Below are positions 39,226 to 54,124 of a DNA stretch of 64,000 nt, piece after piece. Every line of letters begins with the position of its first letter. Position 1 is the stretch's first letter. Source of the DNA: Eledone cirrhosa (lineage: Eukaryota); contig OZ024743.1 of NCBI GenBank assembly GCA_964016885.1, forward strand, positions 99,200,001-99,264,000. The letters are read 5' to 3'. Below the pieces are notes generated by a model. That model had not been told where the DNA came from and searched no databases. It saw nothing but the letters and a program-made list of their open reading frames with translations. Both the position numbers and the translations under genes were made by a program.

Positions 39226-39517
39226 ACAACCCTATGATATATTCAGAGAGAGAAATAGAGAAAAATAAAAATATTTTCATTTATTTTCGTTTTGTTATGG
39301 AAATATATTTTTTTTTTGGTTAGCCTATTGTATATAAATGTATTATATATGTTTATATATATATATACACCTCTGTGTGTGTATATATATATACATATAT
39401 ATGCAAAAAGTAAATGGAAATATATAGATAGATAGATATATAAGTAAAATCCTGACTGCAGTGACAAGTGGTTTGAGATTAGTGGTCTCCCTGGTCTCAA
39501 CACTGCAGATCCCCCCC

Positions 39518-39550
<33 letters not shown>

Positions 39551-40116
39551 CATACACATAAGAGATAAACAGTCACCTGACTGGTTAAGATTCAGAATAT
39601 AACAACCTGTCTAATTCATGCAAGCATGGAAAATAGACAGTAAACAATAGAGGATGGATGAGACAATGATTCACAGCTGGATGCTCCTCCTGATTTCAAC
39701 ACTGTTATTAGTCTCTTATCACACAAATAGCTAGTGTTCATCATCATCATCATCACCGTTTTACATCCGTTCTTCCACACTAGCATGGGTTAAATAGTGT
39801 ACCAATTCTAATTGCGTTACTATTTTAATCTTAAAATCTTCCATCACAATTTTATGTAAGAGCCTTTGTTATGTTTCTAGATACCAGCTTAATAATGGGG
39901 AAGTTAGTAATATTACTAAATCCCATGAAATACTTGATTATTATCAAAACTGATTTGAAAATTATAGGCAGTCTTTCATTAGAAATATGGTAATGAAAGG
40001 GTTAAATGGATTTGATGAAAATATATATTTCCAATGGGTTTACATTATGCCACAATAAGCAGCTAGAAACAAACTAAAGCTGAGTGTGTGTTGGTGATGG
40101 TGGTGGTGGGGGTTTA

Positions 40117-40616
40117 AAAATGTCAGAAACTCAGGCGCAAAAATAATTGCTAATACAGTCAATTGCTATAAAATACCCCTATGGACAGAAAAAGATGGCC
40201 AGGGCTGCAATAGCGAATCAACATCCTTCAGATACTGGCTGACTGCTCTAATCATTGAGCTAAACGACTTCTCACAACAATCCTGCTCAAAATAGAATGT
40301 TAATTCTTACTGCTTTTTTAAATCTAAGCATCGAACTTTCAAATCAAAATGTTGAGGAATTATGAAGTTCATAGAAAATGTTTGTAAATACAGTTGATTG
40401 CTGTAAATAATTGCTTAAAAAATAACTTTAAAAAAACAGTAAGAATTAACATTTTAATTTGGACAGGATTCTGAAATATATAGAGTTTTATTCTCCAAAG
40501 CCACCACTGGACAATTTTTTCCACCCATAGGCATATTTTACCAATTTTTCTAAGCTATCATTTATAACTATCAAATGTATTTACAGTTATTTCTGTGCCT
40601 GAGTTTCTTACATTTT
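40117..40616. mobile_element. Degenerate long-inverted-repeat element (MITE-like)
   Basis: aaaatgtcagaaactcaggc/gcctgagtttcttacatttt outer pairing and aatgttaattcttactg/cagtaagaattaacatt inner pairing. Confidence 0.6.
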
Positions 40617-41289
40617 CTATGAGCTTTGAAACTCCTCAGTGCTTAGTTTTGAAAATTCAATGCTTTACATGTGGAAGCATGTAAAAACAGACATAAATAT
40701 GATGATGAGGGTGATATACACACTCCCATATATAGCAAGCCATATGTCCAACATATATATTTTAAATACATTACAAGATGAATCTGAGTAATTAACACAA
40801 TAAACAGTTCTTTTGTTTTTTTAAATGTACTTCCACCAATGAACTGTGGTAAACCTCCAATCTTTTAGTGAAGTGAGGCCTCAGAAAGAAGAGGATATTG
40901 ATTGCTATCTTAATCATCTATTTGATATGCACACACATTTTATTTTGCCTTAGATCAGTTTTTAATCATTTATTTTATATCTTTGGCTGTCATCACTTCC
41001 ATATGACATTTCTCTAAGTTCCCATCATCCATTCTCTTCACGTGTCTATGCCACTAAAACATTTTTTTCCTGCCAGCAAAGTCTTTTTATTTTGTTACTA
41101 GAATCTTAGATACACAATCTATAATTAGTAGATCAAACTGTTTTAATATAGGCGCAGGCATAGCTGCATGATTAAGGTATTTGCTTTGCAATCACATTGT
41201 TTCATGTTTATTTCCATTTGGATATTTGTCTTCTACAATGCCTTGTGGGTGAAATTTGGTAGCTGGAAACTGTCTGGAAGCCTGTCTTG

Positions 41290-41321
<32 letters not shown>

Positions 41322-42764
41322 CATGTATATATACATGTGTATGGGTGTGACTATATCTGTGTTTACCTTTGTGTCTATGTTTATGCGCCATAATTTAGTG
41401 GTTCGACAAGAAGATAAAATAAGTGCCAGCTTTGAAAAATAAGTACTGGGGTCGATATAATTAACTTTTAGTATAAAAACTAAACCAAGTAAAGCAATAA
41501 AAAATACACCTGTAGCTTTTCATTGTCTATATGACTTATATTCTAATAAAACCGACCTCAAACAATGGCTCTTGTGCTGTAAGAGAAAATTTACCAGAAA
41601 AAAATAAACAGAAAATAAAAAAGAAAAGGAGCCGATCATTAGATGAAACCAAGGAAACTCTGTTTTTATTGTTGCCAGTTTCTGGCAGAATAAGGTGGGA
41701 TTTTAACTCAGAATATGTATAGCAGTATCAGCTACAGTATAGTTTTCTATCTGCTAATTCACTGCCATTAGACTGGTACTTTATTTATTGACCATGGCAC
41801 CCTAATGACATTACTAATTCACCACAATTAACAACTCTAAATTTCTTTCCAGCAGTAAATAGTCAAGTTGGTTGGATTGTATTCATAGCAAAACATATTT
41901 ATTTCTTACTGAGTTCTTGAAAGGATATAATGTATGTTATATAAAGAATTAACTCTTAACATCTTGTAACAATTTAGTAGAAAATATCTAAAAGTAGGTT
42001 TGTAAATACAAATGTTTATTGTACCTTTACTAGGGGAGTGATCATTGTGAAAATTTGCAATATTACAGTAAAGACATTAATTTTTAACGTGATGTAATCA
42101 TAGTACTGTTTTGTACTTTACAAGAATGTGTTGTTAATGAGGTTTCATGTGGTACAGGATGTTACGAGTTAATTTGTTATGAACTTACTTGAAATTTAAC
42201 CTGATTCGGCTATGTAGATCATAGTGTCAAAGAGAATAACTATTTCCTATTTACTGACTAATGAGAGTCATTTATGAGAAATATTTGATTTAGTCTTTGA
42301 TCAAGTATTACAGTTCATTAACAGCTTCTATAACGAGAACCAAGTAATTTGTAAATAGGAATGCTCTAGATCAGCAAGGTGGAGTTTAATTGGTAGAGTT
42401 TGATGAAGTAAGAAGGAGTATAAGAGATGAGAAGAGTTTTGATGAAATCCAATTAGCATTAGAGATCAGCAGAGCATTGGACAACACGCTTTGTGGTATA
42501 TAGTTATGTTCCATTACGTTCTGAGTTCAAATCCAAATTTAATAGACTTTCCGCTCCCCATAAGTTGTTGGCCTTGTGTTTAAATCAGAAACCATTATTT
42601 TATTTTGTGCAATAAAGACCTTTACAGGTCTATATTGCGCAAACTGTTTTTAGCACAAACCATATCTAGTTTCCTTGGGTTGAAGTGTATCATTTATTTG
42701 CTTCTATAATCTCTGAGAATTTTAAACTCTCTTTATTTTTTACTTTGCAATTTATATGCATTAA

Positions 42765-42931
42765 AGACGCATGGCTTAGTGGTTAGAACATTGGGCTTGG
42801 AACTGAAAGGTTGTGAGTTCAATTCTCGGACCAGGTGATGTGTTGTTTCCTTGAGCAAGACACTTTATTTCACATTGCTCCAGTTTACTCAGCTGTAGAA
42901 ATGAGATGATAGGACTGGGGTCTCTATCATT
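42765..42931 (+). mobile_element. SINE family A, 5' half
   Basis: tRNA-like head and central domain up to ...ctatcatt, then a different 3' sequence. Confidence 0.8.
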
Positions 42932-45420
42932 AAATTACCCAAGACACCTCCAACGAGATATACCTTGGAGGAGGCCAGCTAAACCTGCATAGGTGTGAGC
43001 TGTCACACATTAAAGTAGCCATCTAAATAATTATTGGCACATTCATAATGTTTCCTATTAATCTGAGTGGTTTTTTATGCTAATTCACAATGTGGTCTTT
43101 CCTAGAGTGTCAGACAATTTTTTATATTCAGAATTTAATTTGTAAAATGAAAAACATGTTAAATTAAGTAATGACCACTCTGATAGGTTTATCATTGAAC
43201 CTATAGTGGTGGAAACATCCAACATCCTTGGTCCCTGAACCATCTCTTACTTACTGCAATTAGAATGGAGATGGCTATCCACAAGAATGAGTCTCATGAG
43301 CTGGACTGGCTCTTTCAACACATTCCCCTTGCTATCTTTTGAGGTAATATACTTGCCTTTCTGTCTGCTAGTACCATAAAGCAACATTCATTTGATGTAT
43401 TGCAAAACATATGGGAATCTTCTATATACTCAGTAGGAATTTATTTATCTGCTCAAATATAATTGCTATTTACTTATAATGAAAAGAATTTCTATCACAG
43501 AATTTTATTTTTCTGGCCATCTTGCACACAATTTTTGTTTGCTTATAGTTTTGATTTTAGCATCTATCTCAAATGCAAATTTTCAAATTACCCCAGTGTT
43601 TGCTGTTTCCTATTTTTATCTTCTTAAAATAAGAGTATTTTTTAATCATCATCGTCATCATCATCATGGCTGAATTGTGAAGATGCTCACTTTGTAAATG
43701 ATACTTGCCCAAGATGTAGTGGGGGTCAAATCCAGAACCTTATGTTTACAAGGTGAGAATCTTAATAATTCAGCCATGTTGCATCCACCAAGTCATTATT
43801 GTATTATATTTATTGGATTGGCAGTATCAGTAGAGCATTGGACAAAATTCATTTAGTTATAACTTTCTATGTTCTTAGTTCAAATCCCACCAAGGTTTAC
43901 TTTGCCTTTTTTCCTTCCAGAGTCGCTAAAATAAAGTAACAATTATGTAGTGTCATAAATACTATCGACTTTCCCCTTCCCCTAAATTGCTGGCCTTGTG
44001 CCATTGTTAGAAAGAATTCTATTTATCTATATTTCTTCTAAAGTTAGGAACATTCGGGTTTAGACCCAGATATCTCTTAGTTCAAATGCTAAACCATATC
44101 AGCATCCTTTAGAAGCCATTATTCCACACTGACAATATTTAGATGATTCTGTTTAGCCATTTGTGGCATTTCTCCATAATTAGAAGGAGGCCTACGAAAT
44201 TTACTTACACAGGTGATATAATATTTAATGGTGGTATTTGGTATGCTTCACTAAATCAGAATATTCTATGGCTTGATGCACTTCCAAGCATCAACCATTT
44301 GAAGAGAATGTTTGAACCTAGATTTGGTTGACGCACAAAATCAAAATTTACTGATTGGCACAAAGATGAAAAAAAGCAAAACATGTTCAGAATCCAGAGT
44401 ACAAAAATATAACCAAAAAAAGAGACATGCTACTGTTATCTTCTAAATTGTTAATCATGCATATCTTATTTCTAATCGCATATAATGCATTAGGCAATTC
44501 TAAATGAACCCTATCCAAATATTGTACCCAACCCTAGGCTTTCTTTCTAATGTTTGATATACTATAACTGAAATGTGTAAGATGATAATAGACAAATCTT
44601 TATTTAACTTTTTTGTTGCCAAGCTGCCTAAAACCACTTCTGGTTTTAACATACACATCTGTTTATTTTAAACTACTTATATTTAACTGAAAATCTGCCA
44701 TCATAATTTATCTAAGAACATTTGCTAAGTTGTGTTACAAAGGCCAACTTCATACTGGAAAATGAGATACTTTACTAAATTACTCCCAAAAGCTTGACTG
44801 TTTTCAAAGTAATTTGAAAATCATTGTTAGTGTCTTTCATTAGAAATATGATGATGAAAGAGGTAAAACTGGGACCAATTTTATATTTTGTAGAACAATT
44901 TAATAAAATTTATCAAGTTTATCAAACTATTTAATTATTGCATAATACTTTGTCCTGCATAAATGAAGCAGGAAGGAAAGGGTATATGAAAAAGATATTA
45001 CAAAGGGTTATTTTCAAAAGCTGCAAAATATATAACTGTATTTGTTCATGTATTGTTTTATATTTTTAGATCTGTTTTCCATGTTATCACAAGAGGATAT
45101 TTACTTGAATGGTTTATGTTAGTGTTTCTGCAGTTGAATGTCTCATTTAGTAAACCCAGTATCTGTAAATCTGGATTTAGTCTGTGTAAGAGAGGGACAT
45201 GTACATCCAGAGTGAAGCACAAGAAAAACAACAACAAAAAGTTTCAAACAAGAACACAAGGTCAACATGATAAGAAAAGAAAGTGATATCAACATTTCAG
45301 ACATAAATAAAAAAAAAAAAAAGAAGCGATGAGGGATTCTTAAAAATGAAGCATACTGTGCAATAGCAGGAAGGAAGTATATTGGTTAGTTTGAAGCAGA
45401 AAAGAGCAGATGTGCCTTAA

Positions 45421-45636
45421 CCCTTTAGCATTTACATTACTCTATATATACTATTATATTTTCACCGCAAAAGCTTTACCTTACATACTTATCTCTCATA
45501 ATATTGAATCTATGAGATTTTGATGTTATTTATTTTGAATACCTTAACATCAGTATGAGCAGCTGGTTACAGCCAGTTTGAACAGAAAGAGGTGAGAGAA
45601 TTTTGGCCAGATATGGCCGGTTTAAATGCTAAAGGG
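45421..45636. mobile_element. Complete 216-bp piggyBac-like MITE (family 2)
   Basis: TTAA on both sides. TIRs ccctttagcattta / taaatgctaaaggg. Confidence 0.82.
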
Positions 45637-45949
45637 TTAAGGATAATAAATGTGGAAATTGTATAGTGAAGTGTTAGTACAAGGGACAGAATGGAATTAA
45701 GTGTGTGAGAGAAGTATGTGAATGTGTATAGGCATGAGTTTAATAGTAACAAATTGACAGTATAAAAGATTTTAGGTGTAAATAATGTGATGGCGGTGTG
45801 AATATGATGTAATAATATATCGATAGTATAAGAGAATCTTGACAGTGTATGTGATTGTAAGGTGTATTCATGGAAAAGGGGTGATGTGCAGTGCATGTGT
45901 GGGCATATATAGTGCGCTTCTGAGAGAGAGAGTTTAGAGGAAGCAAGTC

Positions 45950-47260
45950 AGTTGTTGATACCAAGCAGAATGGCTAAGATCAAGTGGATGGTTAACTGTT
46001 GCCCTGGAGAATTGATGTAGGGGAATTAAAGGCCTGAATTACATAGTGCTGTTGTATCTCAGACATCCAGCAAAGGATTCCTAAAATGATCAGTCAGCCT
46101 CTCACCATTTTCCCATATATACAATAAACAAAAGAGTTGGCATCTTATGGGAAAATGACTTAAGATTCTGTAATAGAGTGATGCTCATGGAAAGGGATAT
46201 GTGTTGCAAACAAAGTATTTAGGTTAGGCGAAGCACTTATATGCTAGATGGCCCTTCAGGGTGCAGTTATATCTGGAGAAAGGGAGAGAGTTCAAGAAAG
46301 TTTTGGGAGCTAGAAAGGCTTGATTAGAGACAGACATATTGTGGGGGGGGGGGGGGGTGACAGGATGGAAAATGAGAGGGAAGGGATATGGAAATGGAGA
46401 TGTCCAAGAAGGAGACCGAGGTGTTGGAGATGGTAGAAGTGAATTCTAAACTCCTTTCACCTTGCATTAGAATTCACATCCACATTTCCAGCTCCTTTGT
46501 CAACTTTTTGGAAATCTTTGTTTCAACTCCTCACCACAACATCCTCTTCCATCTTTTGCTAACCTACCAACTCAGACTCCAACATTGATCTCCCCACCTC
46601 ACCCCCATTCACACACGATTCTGACTTTGAGGCTAAATCTCACCAAATGATCCACTTCTTCCTCCAATGTGTTTATCCAAATATCATTGTCACAGCACAC
46701 TGATAAAACCCTTCCTCCACTTTCCTTCCTGGTACTTATTCCACTCCTGTCTTCACATCTTGCCAGGTGATCTCTCCAGCACACATTCTAAAAACGTTCA
46801 GTACCTCCAATCCAAATCTATTAACTCTCACATCTTTCCTAAACACTACTGTTCTTCCTTCATATGCCACTCCAAACTAAGGTGGCCTTCTGGTCCTCTG
46901 TTACCCCATCTCCTTCTCAAACCTAACATTACAAGCCCCCATACATGCTGCAAGACATGCCCCTTCATCCAGAATATCATTACTTTACTCGGACCTAGGT
47001 CATCTTTCCATAAAACAGACTGTTTTACCTGGATACACATAAATCTCAACTAGTGTATGGAATGAGAAATCTGTGGTTTATTGTATAAAGAAGAAACCGT
47101 TTCTGATGCTGGCAGATTATTTTAGAGAATGTTTGTTGGATGTCTGATGCAGTAGCACTATATTGTGCAGGCTTGTAGCCTCTCCACTCTCTAGTTTTAT
47201 CAAGAACAACAGGTAATCTTCTGCTTAAACATAGTCATTTTTTCTGATATCAACAACCAG
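45950..47260. mobile_element. Highly decayed Penelope-like GIY-YIG remnants, apparently an inverted pair
   Basis: Plus strand 46940-47130 has CKTCPFIQ...GPRSSFHKTDCFT followed by degraded C..C..LY...ET...ADYFRE-like sequence. Similar decayed sequence on minus at ~45960-46300. Confidence 0.45.
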
Positions 47261-49146
47261 CTTGCTTTCCTCAACTTATCCTCCCAGTACACACTAATAA
47301 ACACCCCTACATACACTTCACAGTACTCCTTTTCCACCTATCCATCCCACACCCATGCATTATCATGCTTTGTTCATACCAACCCTATATTATTACACCT
47401 TATTCACACTACCAACACATTATTGTGACAATAACTTCACATACTTGATTCCCTACTATTACACACACCAACACATATTTACACACAACCTCTCTCACAC
47501 TCAATTTCCTACTATCACATACATATACACATACACACACTTCGTTACACTGCTACCATATCTATTTCTTTTAGCATATATCCACTCTTCTTTGCTAGAA
47601 ACCACCATCTCTAGAAACGTCTTTACTGGCATTACACAGCATGATTGATTTTTCTTTTGGAATCTTAGATTGCCTTTTACTTTCCAAAAATGTTTTTTTT
47701 TCTTTCCCTTTTCCTTTCATCAAAGGACAACTGTCTGAAATGTCAATATCCCTTCCTTTCCTTTACAACGTATAATATTGACTTCTCACTTTTGTTAGTT
47801 GCCTTTTGTTGTTGTTATTTTTTACTTGTTTCTCATTGTGTCAAATAATCACCTTCAAGATGCAGGTCTAGCTAAGTAAGCCGAGGAAACTACAGTCATG
47901 TAATTTGTCTAAATACACAATACCAGAGCTAGCTGAAAGTACTGGCAACTAGGGCAGTTTCCCAGGACATAAGTGGTAGTGGCTACCATGCATATATTTG
48001 GGATATTACAAATATGAAGACATACTAAATTCTTTGGTAATTTTGTCAGAAAAATATGTTAAAAAATAAATATTGAAAGTGCAGACCTAAAGTCTTTAAA
48101 ATGTTTTAGTAAGGATAATGTATTTTGTAATATCTGTTATTGTATTCATATTCTTTCTTCTTTTTTTAGGAGAAAATTCATTACATCTATAAGAGATCAA
48201 CAGAATTCTTTAAATGATTGTTTAAAAAATATGTTGAGATAATGGTGATAATTTAAAACTATTTTACTTCTAAGGACACTAAAATTCAGCTTACCCAAGA
48301 TAACAACAACCACAGGACCTGTCCAGAACAGTGCAACATCTATACTAAGAGGTTTTATGGTTGTGGTCAGTAATCTGTGGTTGAGTGGTCCAGAATCATC
48401 ATAATTATAACTGTCATTTCATGTCCGTTTTCTATGCTGGCATGGGTTGGATGGGTCATCACAGTCCAAGACCAGACAGGTCTGACGACCATGTTCTACA
48501 TCTACATTCATAATGCCAACCACTTTACAGAATTTACTTCGTGCATTTTATTAGCTACCTTACTAGAAATTCCCAAAGGAGAAAAGGGGGAAACTAATTT
48601 GAAGATATGAGCCAAAAATATATAATACTTTCATCAGAGAAATATTTTTTCCATTAAAACAGAATATAAAAACTGAAATCTTAAACCGCCTAAAAAAAAA
48701 AAGAAAACAAAACATAAACAAGAAGACTTTATACAAATAAATATAAATTAGAATTAATATTTCATGGAAATATTCATAATATAATCAATCATTATATTAA
48801 TTAATAACTTTGCTAATATTTTCATTAGGTATGGTTTGCTTTTTTTCGTTGTGAATTTTTGTTTCATTTTAACAGAAATTTAAACCAGTGGCTATAGAAT
48901 ATATTTTGTTAAATATTGACAAGTCATATATTTATTGCCTGCGATATAGATAAAATTATTTTATTTTATTCAAAATTATTTTCCAAAACAAGAAAAAAAA
49001 GGCAATATATTAAATGTAAGCCAGCTAAATGGCAGCATCGCATTTTGAATTAATTTTATATGGCATATATAAAGCAAATGGGCCTGCATGTGTAAAGCAT
49101 GATATTTAAAATAAAATAATTTCACTTGATATTACTCATAATGTAA

Positions 49147-49193
<47 letters not shown>

Positions 49194-50080
49194 TAATAAA
49201 GATTTCTACTATAAGCATAAGGCCAGCAACTTTTTTTTGGGGGGGGGGGGTCGATTAAATCGACCCCAGTGCATTACTGGTACTTTATTTTATCAACTCC
49301 ATAAGGATGAAAGGCAAAGCTAACCTCAGCAGGATTTGAACTCAGAACATAAAGGAAAGAAGCCAATGATCAGATCAGAGCAAAACAGCAATGTTTCAAT
49401 TGGTCTTTCCATTGCTGATAGTATTTTCCAATTGCAAATCCTGGCAGAAGGAGGTGGGATTTGGACATAGAATGCACAAAGCCAGATCAGATAGAGCAAA
49501 GCATCTTGTTCAACTCTTTAACAATTCTGCCAATCTATTGCACCTGGAATGGTACTTTATTTATCGATCCCAAAAGTACGAAAGGCAAAGTTATCCTTGG
49601 CAGAATTTGAAATCAAAGTGTAATGGGTCAAAACAAATACCAAGGTATTTAATCTGACATCTCACTGCCTATTAATGAATAAATTAAAAGAAGCTAAAAA
49701 AAAATACATTTCACATATGGAGTAATTATTATTACTATAATGATGGTGATACTAGTTTGTAGAACTAAAAGGCAATATAGATTATACAGAATAAGTAAAC
49801 AACAAAGCAGTGTCTTTTATACTATCAGAAAACAAATTAGGCAAAAAAAATAAAGATAAATAATAAAAAAAAAACTTTAAAGAGAGTACTGCAGCAGCAG
49901 AAGGAGGGCAGGGAGAGAGAGAGAGAGAGAGAGTTATCTAATAACTTTGAATTAAATTCAAAGTAGTGGGGGTGGGAAAATCAAAGTGCAAAAAAAAAAA
50001 ATCATGGGTGTTAAAAAAAATGAAATTTGGTACCGGAATGGATGGGTCCACAGCACTAAGCTATAATTTCCGGTACTTAC

Positions 50081-50128
50081 TTGCATTTCTGGATTTTCTC
50101 CGTCAGCACACTCAGCAGAGACTCTTCC
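50081..50128 (-). CDS. Candidate 48-nt cassette micro-exon of the TULP4 transcript (GRVSAECADGENPEMQ)
   Basis: Strong acceptor ctttattttctaactctacag with a ctaac branch-point motif, consensus donor gtaagt, length 16 codons, open in phase 0 and so compatible with the downstream phase-0 exon. No homology recognised. Confidence 0.5.
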
Positions 50129-50445
50129 CTGTAGAGTTAGAAAATAAAGAAGCTCTAGAGAAAATTGTTGTAGCTCAAATACTTTGTTTCGGTATCCTTA
50201 TCAATTCTACACAGAGAATGGTTTTCAGTTGTATTGCTTGCTGCTAATAATGTGAGTTATTGAATTGAGAATGGTGGGGTGGTGAGGCAGAGTGGAAATA
50301 ATTTTACAGTATGTGAGCTCTGAAAAAATTTATCTTCATGTGAATGTATTAATATTATGACTGTTAAAAATTATTGCATCCGCGGATTGGGATTTGAAGT
50401 TGGATTTAACAAAATGTAACAGCAAATGTAACTCACACACATACA

Positions 50446-50506
<61 letters not shown>

Positions 50507-52914
50507 ATATACATATGTGTGCATGTAAGAATATGTGTAAGTATATATATATTTATATATATGTATGTATATATATACACATATGTGTGTGTATGTGTAA
50601 ATATATACATATGTAGAAACATATGTATATATATATTAAAATATATCATGTATATGAACAATGCAGGTTCTAATATACATCGACTACCAAAACAAAAAAG
50701 ATTTATATCATGCAAAGATATTTTCAAACCTACATTACACAAAGGTACAGATATAAACATCAAAATATGCATGCATTATGTTTGTACACACACATACATA
50801 TATATATATCTGTAAAGAAGTATCATGAAATAAATGCACACACATTTAATACACATACACAATATAAGTACGATGAATTTATATAACATGATTTCTTAAA
50901 GCTTAATAATTGATTAATGTTTAAGCAGCAGTTTTTCCATTAACAAAAGATTAGTGTTTCATTACAATACTTCTTATGAAAAACACTGCCAATGGTTTTC
51001 AAATAATTTTGAAAATAATAAAAAATTCGAAGGATTTAGTAATACAACTGACTTTCTTGTTATTACCTCTTAATATTTTCTGCTGCATCATTATATGATT
51101 TAGTAAAAATGATTTAGCAGAAAATTTAATGATTTTGCAGAAAATATTTTAAAACAGGTTTTTCAACTCAAATGTTTACAGTATCTTTACTAGTAGACAG
51201 ATCATTGTGAAAAATTGTAGTAAACTAAAGACTTTAATTTTTCTTGTGATTCAGTCGTAGTGTTGTTTCATGTGGTACAGGACGTTATGAGTTTAGTTGG
51301 TTTTTGGAGCATAACTTAACAAAGGTTGTTACATAAAAATTATGATGGAAGGTTTTTAAATAAATATATATACTTTAAAACAAACGATTTTGTATCATAA
51401 AACCAAGGGCAGTTTCAGGCAGTTTAGAATCAAAAGTGTTAAACTTTTATAGAACAAATTGTTCCAACTGCCATAGGCTTAGATTGTATTGAACAAAACT
51501 ATTTGTTTGGAAGTGTTTATATTTATCTGAAAAATTTCCATTATAATTTTATGTAGCAATTTTGTTAAGTTATGTTCCAAACACCCACTTAACAATGGAA
51601 AAGTTATATTACTAGTTCCTTCGAAGTTATTAATTATTTTGAAAATGATTTAAAAATCAGAAGCAGTGTCTTTCATTAGAAATGTTGTAACAAGTATTGA
51701 GTTCATTTGTCAAGAATGTGGCACAAGCCAATCCACAGACTCAGTTTTTTAGTACTAATTATATTGCTTCTTCAACATGGATGTATATACTTCAATAATG
51801 ACTTAGAAATATGTGTGCAGAATTTTCAGTTCTAATTATTTGATGGAAACAAAAATGTAATTCCCAATTGTCACTAATTAGAATAGTACATCATTGGAAA
51901 TAGAATAATTAAAACTCTGAACACGAAACCTATTTTACATAATCATGTTACACAAAAAATGAATGATTTGATATTTGCAAACTGTTCATTACTTGCGAAA
52001 ATACAAAAAAATAAAATAAAATAAAATAAATAAATACATAAAAATGAAAATACAACAAAAACATTGAAAATATGAAAAAAAAAAAAAACGAAAATTAAGG
52101 GGGAAAAAAGGTCAACAACGATACACAATAACATTATCATGGAGTTATCATAAAGTTAAAAATGAAATACTTGATTAAAAAAGAGGAATGGGTATGTTAT
52201 ATGAAATCCATCTAAAGTAGATTCTATTGAACAGCTTTTGACACCAAATCACTTGAATCTAGTCCGACATTACTAAGCTGCTTATTTTAAAGTGTTTATA
52301 TTTATTTAAACCCCTTCCATCGTAATTTGACATAAGAACCTTTAGGTTACGTTCCAAACAACAGCTTAATATTGCAAAAGATAATTATATTACAAAATCC
52401 ATTCAAAATATTTTGAAAATTATAAGCAGTATCTTTCATTTGAAATATAATAATATATGGGTTCAAGATCAGTAAAACAATTAAAAGAAGGTGATTAAGA
52501 CAGCTGACACCTCTCACCTGCAGTGCTTTCTTAATATTCTCACATAAAACAATAACAAACAAAGAAAAATCTAGCTCATGTTAAAGGATCCTGATATTAT
52601 TGCTAAAATTGTGGTGAAAGACCATCTCTTTAATGGCATAGCAGTACTAATAACAATGATGAGTTCTCTCCTCCTTCTTATCATCATCATCACCACCACC
52701 ACTGCCACTTGATATCCCCCCCCCCCTTCCCTCCATATACACGCACACATGTATATGTGTATATATCATGACTCATACACTGTTCACTTTCCTGACATTT
52801 GTACATTATTCTATGTACTATACATGCACCTTTGATGAGTTGTAGTGCACTTGAGCACTGTACACAATAATTATCATTATTATAAAGAATGAAAATTGTA
52901 AAAAGGGCAAACAA

Positions 52915-53100
52915 ATAATTGTTTCTACTTTAGGCACAAGGCCAGCAATTACCCAGTGCATTACTGGTACTTTATTTTATCGACCCCGTAAGGATGAAAG
53001 GCAAAGTCAACCTCGGCGGGATTTGAACTCAGATCGTAAAGGGACGTAACTATGCTGGAAAGCATGGCGTCCAACCCTCTACCGATACTGCCAATCCAAA
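52915..53100 (-). mobile_element. SINE family B
   Basis: Close to 26155-26345. Confidence 0.85.
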
Positions 53101-53109
53101 TAATAATAA

Positions 53110-54075
53110 ACATATAAACTCGTGGAAAATGTCCAAAATATATGCTTACTGTTTTACACAAGAAATGGCAAGAAAAGCCTCTGTATGGAAAATACCCAGA
53201 AAGAGCTAACAATCCTGATGTTGACAAAACTTTAACCCATCAGTGGTTGGCATCCTCTGGACTGAAATCGGAGACTGAAGGACTGATTATATCAGCACAA
53301 GATCAGTGTCTGCCAACAAAAAATTACCAAGCCAACATAATAAAAAATGGATGCAACCCATTATGCCGTGTATGTAAAAAACAACCAGAGACCATTGATC
53401 ATATAATTTCAATGCGCAGTCCTATAGCTCCAACTGAATACCTAAACAGGCATGACAGAGCTGCACAATACATACATTGGATAATGTGTAAGCATTTTGA
53501 CCTGCCCCATCAAAAGAATTGGTGGGAGCATCAACCACCTCCCATACTTGAAAAAGATTACATCTCAATCTAGTGGAACCTTAGCATCCAAACAGACCGA
53601 AAAATAGGTGCAAATAGACCTGATATAATACTGAAGGACTTTAAAAAGAGGGTATGCCTGCTAATTGATATGTCTGTTCCAATAGACAAGAATGTATCTA
53701 TAAAAATATTTGAAAAATTGAGCAAGTATAAGGACCTGGAGATAGAAATTGGAAAAATGTGGAAATTGAGAACTAAAACAATACCAGTGGTTGTAGGTGC
53801 TCTAGGAATGATACCTAAGGGGTCTAATGATTACTTATCACAAATCCCAGGAAACCCGTGTATAGGACAAATACAAAAGATAGTACTAATGGGAACTGCC
53901 CATATACTAAGGAAGATTCTGTCAATATAAGTACATCACAAGTCTAAACACCTAAAGATGCATGTGTGTGTATGTATGTTCTTTCTTGAACATGGCAGAC
54001 CTTGTTGTCTCTTGAGGTCACTGGTTGTGACTTGGTGATAACTCGTATGAACATAAAGCAAGATAAATGCAACTG
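53110..54075 (+). mobile_element. R4/Dong-clade LINE 3' part (zinc knuckle plus restriction-like endonuclease) ending in (TAA)n
   Basis: WQEKPLYGKY...LKSETEGLIISAQDQ...CRVC...ETIDHII...RHD...NRPDII...LIDMSVP...EKLSKYKDL...IPVVVGALG...QKIVLMGTAHILRK. Confidence 0.88.
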
Positions 54076-54124
54076 TAATAATAATAATAGTAAATGTAAT
54101 AATAATAATAATAATAATAATGAT

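Noticed and set aside
52518-52529. Possible 12-nt micro-exon (KALQ, minus strand, donor gtgaga)
   Set aside because: Weak AAG acceptor separated from the pyrimidine tract, and it is easily produced by chance.
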